Origin: Patescibacteria group bacterium
GTDB lineage: Bacteria > Patescibacteriota > Gracilibacteria > UBA1369 > LOWO2-01-FULL-3
Reading direction: 5' to 3'
Assembly: GCA_038065735.1 (NCBI GenBank)
Contig: JBBTQK010000005.1
Span: 363-64,362, forward strand
Length of the DNA stretch: 64,000 nt
Shown here: piece after piece, positions 59,507-64,000 of the stretch
Layout of the letters: each line of letters opens with the position of its first letter
Position numbering within the stretch: position 1 is the stretch's first letter
Notes under the pieces: generated by a model
Database searches by the model: none
The model's input: the letters and a program-made list of their open reading frames with translations, nothing else
What the model was told of the DNA's origin: nothing
Made by a program: the position numbers and the translations under genes

Positions 59507-61306
59507 ATGGAAATCCGAAATATTGCTATTATTGCCCACGTAGATCACGGTAAAACAACTTTGGTTGATACCTTGCTTAAAACTGGTGGTGCTTTTGAAT
59601 CTCATCAAAAAATGGAGGAACGCGTTATGGACAGCAATGACCAGGAAAAAGAACGTGGTATCACTATTTATGCAAAAAACTGCGCAATTACCTATAAAGG
59701 AACTAAAATTAATATAGTTGATACTCCAGGACATGCCGATTTCGGATCAGAAGTTGAACGTATTTTGAGAACAGTAGATGCGACTTTATTGGTTGTGGAT
59801 GCCTATGAAGGGCCTATGCCACAGACAAAATTCGTGTTACGTAAGGCTCTTGAACTTGGACTTAAAGTTTTGGTTGTAATTAACAAGATTGATAAGCCGA
59901 TGGCTAGACCTTTGACTGTTGTGGATTTGATTTTTGACTTGTTTGTGAATTTGGGTGCGACTAATGAACAGTTGGATTTCCCATATATTTTTGCGATTGC
60001 TCGTGAGGGTATTGCGGTGAGGGATTTGAATGATGAGAGAAAAGATATTACTCCACTTTTGGATTTCGTACTTGAACACGTTAAACCTGTTGAACAAAAT
60101 TTAGACAAACCTTTTAGAATGCAGCCAGCTACTTTGACTTATGATAATTTCTTGGGTCGTATGGCAATCGGACGTGTTTATGAAGGTAGAATGAGCGGCA
60201 ATAAGCCAGTTTTTGTGATTGGTAATGATGGCAAAATTAGAACTTCAAAAATTACTAAAGTGTTTAGTTTTAAAGGTTTAAATAGAGCAGAGGTAGATGA
60301 GATTATAGCTGGAGATATAGTGACTTTAGCGGGTATTCCTGATATTTACGTAGGTGAAACTATTACTACAGATGAGAAAGCTGAGCGTTTGCCAGCGATT
60401 AAAATTGATCCACCAGCCTTGGCGGTAGAATTCATGGTTAATGATTCTCCTTTTGCTGGTAGGGAAGGTAAGTATGTGACTAGTCGACATATCAAAGAGC
60501 GTCTTGAAAAAGAATTGGAGACGAACGTTGGTTTAAAGATTGAAGAAGTTGCTAATAGCGACACGATTAAGGTTTACGGTAGAGGTGAAATGCACATTGC
60601 CGTTTTGATAGAATCAATGCGTCGTGAAGGGTTTGAGTTACAAATTTCTCAGCCTGAAGTAGTTATGCAAATGATTGATGGTGTTAAGTCTGAGCCTATA
60701 GAATTTGCTGTGATTAACGTTCCTGATGAAATGGCTGGTAAAGTTATTGAAGCTGTTTCTCAGAGAAAAGGTGAAATGAAGAATATGAAATCTGATAATG
60801 GAAATACTTTGTTGGAATTTGAAGTGCCTACACGTGGTTTACTTGGTTTCAGATCTAATTTTATGATTTTAACTAGAGGTGAAGGTACGCTTTATCATTC
60901 TTTTGATCATTTTGCTCCACATAAAGGTGCTATCGAAAAACGTGGTGTTGGCTCAATGATTTGTGGAGAAACTGGTGCGACTATGGCCTATTCTCTATGG
61001 AAATTACAGGAAAGAGGTCCATTATTTGTTTCACCAGCTACTGAAGTTTATGCAGGTATGATCATTGGTGAGCACAACCAGGGTACTGACTTGGTGGTAA
61101 ATCCTTTGAAGAATAAGAAACTTACAAATATGCGTGCTTCTGGTGCTGATGAGGCAATTATGCTTATTCCACCACTTGAAATGACTCTAGAAAAAGCCAT
61201 CGAGTACATCAAAGAAGGTGAGTACGTAGAAATCACTCCAAAGAGCATTAGACTTCGCAAAAAGTACTTGAGTGAGACTGACAGAAGGAGAGATGCTAGA
61301 GACTAA
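59507..61306 (+). CDS. typA: translational GTPase TypA/BipA
   Basis: 599 aa with [25 protein letters not shown] and NKID, and the BipA-specific C-terminal domain. Confidence 0.95.
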   Translation: MEIRNIAIIAHVDHGKTTLVDTLLKTGGAFESHQKMEERVMDSNDQEKERGITIYAKNCAITYKGTKINIVDTPGHADFGSEVERILRTVDATLLVVDAYEGPMPQTKFVLRKALELGLKVLVVINKIDKPMARPLTVVDLIFDLFVNLGATNEQLDFPYIFAIAREGIAVRDLNDERKDITPLLDFVLEHVKPVEQNLDKPFRMQPATLTYDNFLGRMAIGRVYEGRMSGNKPVFVIGNDGKIRTSKITKVFSFKGLNRAEVDEIIAGDIVTLAGIPDIYVGETITTDEKAERLPAIKIDPPALAVEFMVNDSPFAGREGKYVTSRHIKERLEKELETNVGLKIEEVANSDTIKVYGRGEMHIAVLIESMRREGFELQISQPEVVMQMIDGVKSEPIEFAVINVPDEMAGKVIEAVSQRKGEMKNMKSDNGNTLLEFEVPTRGLLGFRSNFMILTRGEGTLYHSFDHFAPHKGAIEKRGVGSMICGETGATMAYSLWKLQERGPLFVSPATEVYAGMIIGEHNQGTDLVVNPLKNKKLTNMRASGADEAIMLIPPLEMTLEKAIEYIKEGEYVEITPKSIRLRKKYLSETDRRRDARD

Positions 61307-61309
61307 ATC

Positions 61310-62188
61310 TTACGTTGAGAATTCGAAGCTTTCTAGAATTTCTTGCTTATCTTCGGTTAATTCTTTTGTGTTGTTGAACTCAATAAGGTAGTTTTTGCCA
61401 TTTTGGTATCTGATTGTGGTAATTCTGGATGTTGTGCTGCAATGTACTAGGCAGGCATTGGAATATTCGTCTTCTTGCTTGTTGCAGTTTGCATCGCAGT
61501 AACCGTTTGGAAAACTATAAATGTCGGTTTCCATGTCGTTTATTTCTATTGTTTTGTCTGGTTGTTGAGTCTGATAGTTCGTAATTTTTTGTCCTTCTAT
61601 TACATCAATCACAAAAAAATCATCACTATTTATTGACCACCTTGAGAATTTCACAGGATTTTCTAGATTGTATTTTGTTGTTAGGTAATCTGGCTTAAAC
61701 TCAATGCTGTAGCCAAAACTTTCGTTTTTAAACTTTGTTTTTTGCAGCTGGATAGTTTTCATGATTTTTTCTACAGTTTTGATGTGATCTGGATTTTTTG
61801 TATCTAGTTTTGCCATGACATAAAAATCATCATCTAGTTGAATAAAATATGATTTGCCTGGTTCATTAGGCGTGTCCGCCATTACTTCCTCCATTGAGAC
61901 TTCTGAAAATTCATTCAGATAAGCTAATTCAAGATGAAAGTTAGTTGATTTATCTTGGTTTACTACATCTAATGCTCCTCCAATACCATCGGTGCCAAAA
62001 ATATTTTCTGTATGCCAGTTTTCGGGATAGTCGAAGGATAGGTGGACTAATTTATCGCCTTCAAAAGTTTGCCAGCTTGGGTCGACAAGATGTTCAGTTT
62101 CTGTACTTTGTTTTTCTGTTGTGTTTTTACCACATCCAACAAAAACCAGACTTAAAAGAAGGAAAGTTGTCAGAAATATTTTTTTCAT
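61310..62188 (-). CDS. lipoprotein, hypothetical (paralog of 62774..63376)
   Basis: 292 aa with signal peptide plus lipobox LLLSLVFVGCGK. Confidence 0.6.
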   Translation of the reverse strand: MKKIFLTTFLLLSLVFVGCGKNTTEKQSTETEHLVDPSWQTFEGDKLVHLSFDYPENWHTENIFGTDGIGGALDVVNQDKSTNFHLELAYLNEFSEVSMEEVMADTPNEPGKSYFIQLDDDFYVMAKLDTKNPDHIKTVEKIMKTIQLQKTKFKNESFGYSIEFKPDYLTTKYNLENPVKFSRWSINSDDFFVIDVIEGQKITNYQTQQPDKTIEINDMETDIYSFPNGYCDANCNKQEDEYSNACLVHCSTTSRITTIRYQNGKNYLIEFNNTKELTEDKQEILESFEFST

Positions 62189-62191
62189 AAT

Positions 62192-62563
62192 TTAAATTTC
62201 AATGAGTTTTAGTTGATTTAAATTCTTAAAGTCTTTGATATTTCTTGTGACTAGGGGAGTTTTGGTTTGAATTGCCGTTGCAGCGATGGCAGCATCGGGT
62301 AGTTTTAATTTCTTGGTTTTTCTTAACTGTGATGCTATTTCAGCTAATCTTCTGTCAAAAGAAATGGATATAAAATTTTCTTGTAAAAAGATTTTTACTA
62401 AATTTTCTTCTTTTTCGGTCCAGCCTGTAAAAGATAAAAGTTCACTTTCTACGATTGTTGGCAAATACAAGAAACCGCCCTGATTTCTCCAGGAGTTTAA
62501 GAAATTAATCACCTTTTCGTCACCGGATAGATAGGCTATGAGGATGTTGGTGTCTATGGTCAT
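62192..62563 (-). CDS. vapC: PIN-domain toxin (VapC-like)
   Basis: 123 aa with MTIDTNILIAYL... (first acidic residue), ...ESEL... and ...TRNIKDF..., typical of PIN. Confidence 0.8.
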   Translation of the reverse strand: MTIDTNILIAYLSGDEKVINFLNSWRNQGGFLYLPTIVESELLSFTGWTEKEENLVKIFLQENFISISFDRRLAEIASQLRKTKKLKLPDAAIAATAIQTKTPLVTRNIKDFKNLNQLKLIEI

Positions 62564-62577
62564 TTAAGAGGATGATT

Positions 62578-62730
62578 TTACTTCTTGTCCCATTCGTTCC
62601 GGATTCTTTTTCCGTGATCTGCAAGAGTTTTCTTTTTATTATTTGCTAATCCAGCAGCCAATTTCCAGCTTTTTGGTATAGGTTGGATTTGGATCCTTTC
62701 TATTGTTGTTCTTTCAATTAGTTTTGTCAT
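62578..62730 (-). CDS. probable cognate antitoxin (50 aa)
   Basis: ATG...TAA ORF giving MTKLIERTTIERIQIQPIPKSWKLAAGLANNKKKTLADHGKRIRNEWDKK, ending 14 nt before the vapC ATG. Not in the track because it is under 60 aa. Confidence 0.5.
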   Translation of the reverse strand: MTKLIERTTIERIQIQPIPKSWKLAAGLANNKKKTLADHGKRIRNEWDKK

Positions 62731-62773
62731 GGCTTAACTTTATCAGAATTTTTACTTTACGCCAATTTTCTTA

Positions 62774-63376
62774 TTAGAATTTTATAGTCTCTAGGATTTT
62801 TTCGAATTCAGATTGTGCGGCCTCAGTTGGGTCATAGAATTCTATTTCTATGAATTTGTCGTCTTTAGAGAATGTGTAGTAAATACGCTGATTTTTGCCT
62901 TCATAGCTGAGTTCGGGCTCATCAGATTGATATTTTTCAGTTAATTTGTCTGTTGTTTCTATTCTCAGTTTTAGGAATGTAATATTGCCAATTATTTTTT
63001 CTTCAGCATTTATCACTTTGCTACATACCTGAATGGTTTCACATGAATCTTGAAATTTTGCCTCTTCAGTGATAAGCATTTCATCGTAACTCAAAGTTTT
63101 TACGACGTTTTCACTTGTTATCACTATTCCTGGATATTCGTAATTTTTAAAGCTAATTAGCTCTGCATTGTAAGGTTGGTTTGACTGTTCCTGTTCTTCA
63201 CTTTTTGTCAGGGTGAATAGGTAAGGGACTTCCAATGTGAATCCACTGAATTCATTAGTGTAAATGTATGGACCAAGGTCAGTTACTGGCTTTACGGTTT
63301 CTTTATCAATTTTTTTACCACAGCCAACAAAAACCAGACTTAAGAGAATAAATGTTGAGAGTAATTTTTTCTGCAT
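62774..63376 (-). CDS. lipoprotein, hypothetical (paralog of 61310..62188)
   Basis: 200 aa with lipobox ILLSLVFVGCGK. The C-terminal ...EFEKILETIKF resembles ...KQEILESFEF of the paralog. Confidence 0.6.
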   Translation of the reverse strand: MQKKLLSTFILLSLVFVGCGKKIDKETVKPVTDLGPYIYTNEFSGFTLEVPYLFTLTKSEEQEQSNQPYNAELISFKNYEYPGIVITSENVVKTLSYDEMLITEEAKFQDSCETIQVCSKVINAEEKIIGNITFLKLRIETTDKLTEKYQSDEPELSYEGKNQRIYYTFSKDDKFIEIEFYDPTEAAQSEFEKILETIKF

Positions 63377-63408
63377 AAGCCTGGTTTGTTAAAATTTTTA
63401 ATTTAGAA

Positions 63409-64000
63409 TTATCCTTTCAAGAATCTAACCATCAAAAGAGCTACGATGTTGATGATTTTGATCATTGGGTTGATAGCTGGACCGGCAGTGTCTTTGTATG
63501 GATCACCAACTGTGTCACCAGTTACAGCAGCTTTGTGAGCTTCTGAACCTTTGCCTCCAAAATGACCTTCTTCAATATATTTTTTAGCGTTGTCCCAAGC
63601 GGCACCACCAGTTGTCATAGAAATACCTACGAAAATACCTGTGATGATAGTACCAACTAATAGACCACCTAATGCAGCAGCGCCAAGCCATAAACCAACA
63701 ACGATTGGTACAACAACCGGGATTAATGCTGGAATAATCATTTCACGAATAGCGGCTTTAGTAACGATATCTACGGCTCTTGAATAGTCGGGTTTTGCTT
63801 CTCCGGTCATAATGCCTTTGATTTCTCTAAACTGTCTTCTAACTTCTTCTACAACGGCAGTTGCAGCTTTACCAACGGCAGACATTGCGAAGCTCGCAAA
63901 CAAATATGGAAGTAAGCCACCAATTAGTAGACCAACTAATACTTTGCTGTTGGATAGATCAAAAGTTGAGCTGATTCCAGCAAGGTTTAATTCTTCAACG
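63409..64000 (-). CDS. hppA: membrane-bound H+/Na+-translocating pyrophosphatase, C-terminal part (gene continues beyond window)
   Basis: The frame is open to the window edge. ...[22 protein letters not shown]...[12 protein letters not shown]...[18 protein letters not shown]... are hallmark HppA motifs. Confidence 0.9.
   Translation of the reverse strand, partial: VEELNLAGISSTFDLSNSKVLVGLLIGGLLPYLFASFAMSAVGKAATAVVEEVRRQFREIKGIMTGEAKPDYSRAVDIVTKAAIREMIIPALIPVVVPIVVGLWLGAAALGGLLVGTIITGIFVGISMTTGGAAWDNAKKYIEEGHFGGKGSEAHKAAVTGDTVGDPYKDTAGPAINPMIKIINIVALLMVRFLKG

Overview
AT-rich, gene-dense bacterial window using the standard code (TGA is a stop). There are no rRNA genes, CRISPR arrays, integrases or transposases. 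All calls come from reading the translations and DNA by eye; no database search was run. The many SLH-anchored surface proteins, RGG-tailed DEAD-box helicases and small basic proteins suggest an uncultivated CPR/Peregrinibacteria-like or Firmicute-like lineage, but that is inference only.

Core content:
- A translationally coupled leuC(partial)-leuD-leuB-ilvE-leuA cluster.
- Three ABC exporters, one an asymmetric heterodimer pair, and two DEAD-box helicases.
- ung, purT, csp, recQ, ssb, gmk, typA and a partial H+-pyrophosphatase.
- A Fur/Zur-ZIP zinc module, TerC, a CaCA exchanger, and an SLH/GLUG surface-protein cluster.
- tRNA-Asn(GTT) and tRNA-Gln(CTG), both with encoded CCA.
- RelBE-like and VapBC-like toxin-antitoxin pairs.

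Most interesting region: 34.8-45.4 kb, ending next to tRNA-Gln.
1. A ~55-nt structured element, present in four copies and found nowhere else in the window, punctuates a run of minus-strand genes. Compensatory base changes preserve its hairpin.
2. Those genes are a 598-aa orphan, a 562-aa Cys-rich protein and a KilA-N protein.
3. They lie beside a divergent RmuC-like nuclease and a 1236-aa SNF2 helicase.
4. The helicase tail is about 16 strict 15-residue repeats ([CS]-x-[VI]-[ST]-G-[KR]). The same motif recurs in the Cys-rich protein.

Other notable points:
- Two phage-type DNA-binding genes 11 kb apart (RhuM-Doc fusion and KilA-N) share a TTGACG-N17 promoter with a 7-4-7 palindrome in the spacer.
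- A three-member paralogous family of unknown function lies at 14.4-17.4 kb.
- A 567-nt hairpin-rich intergenic region lies upstream of gmk.
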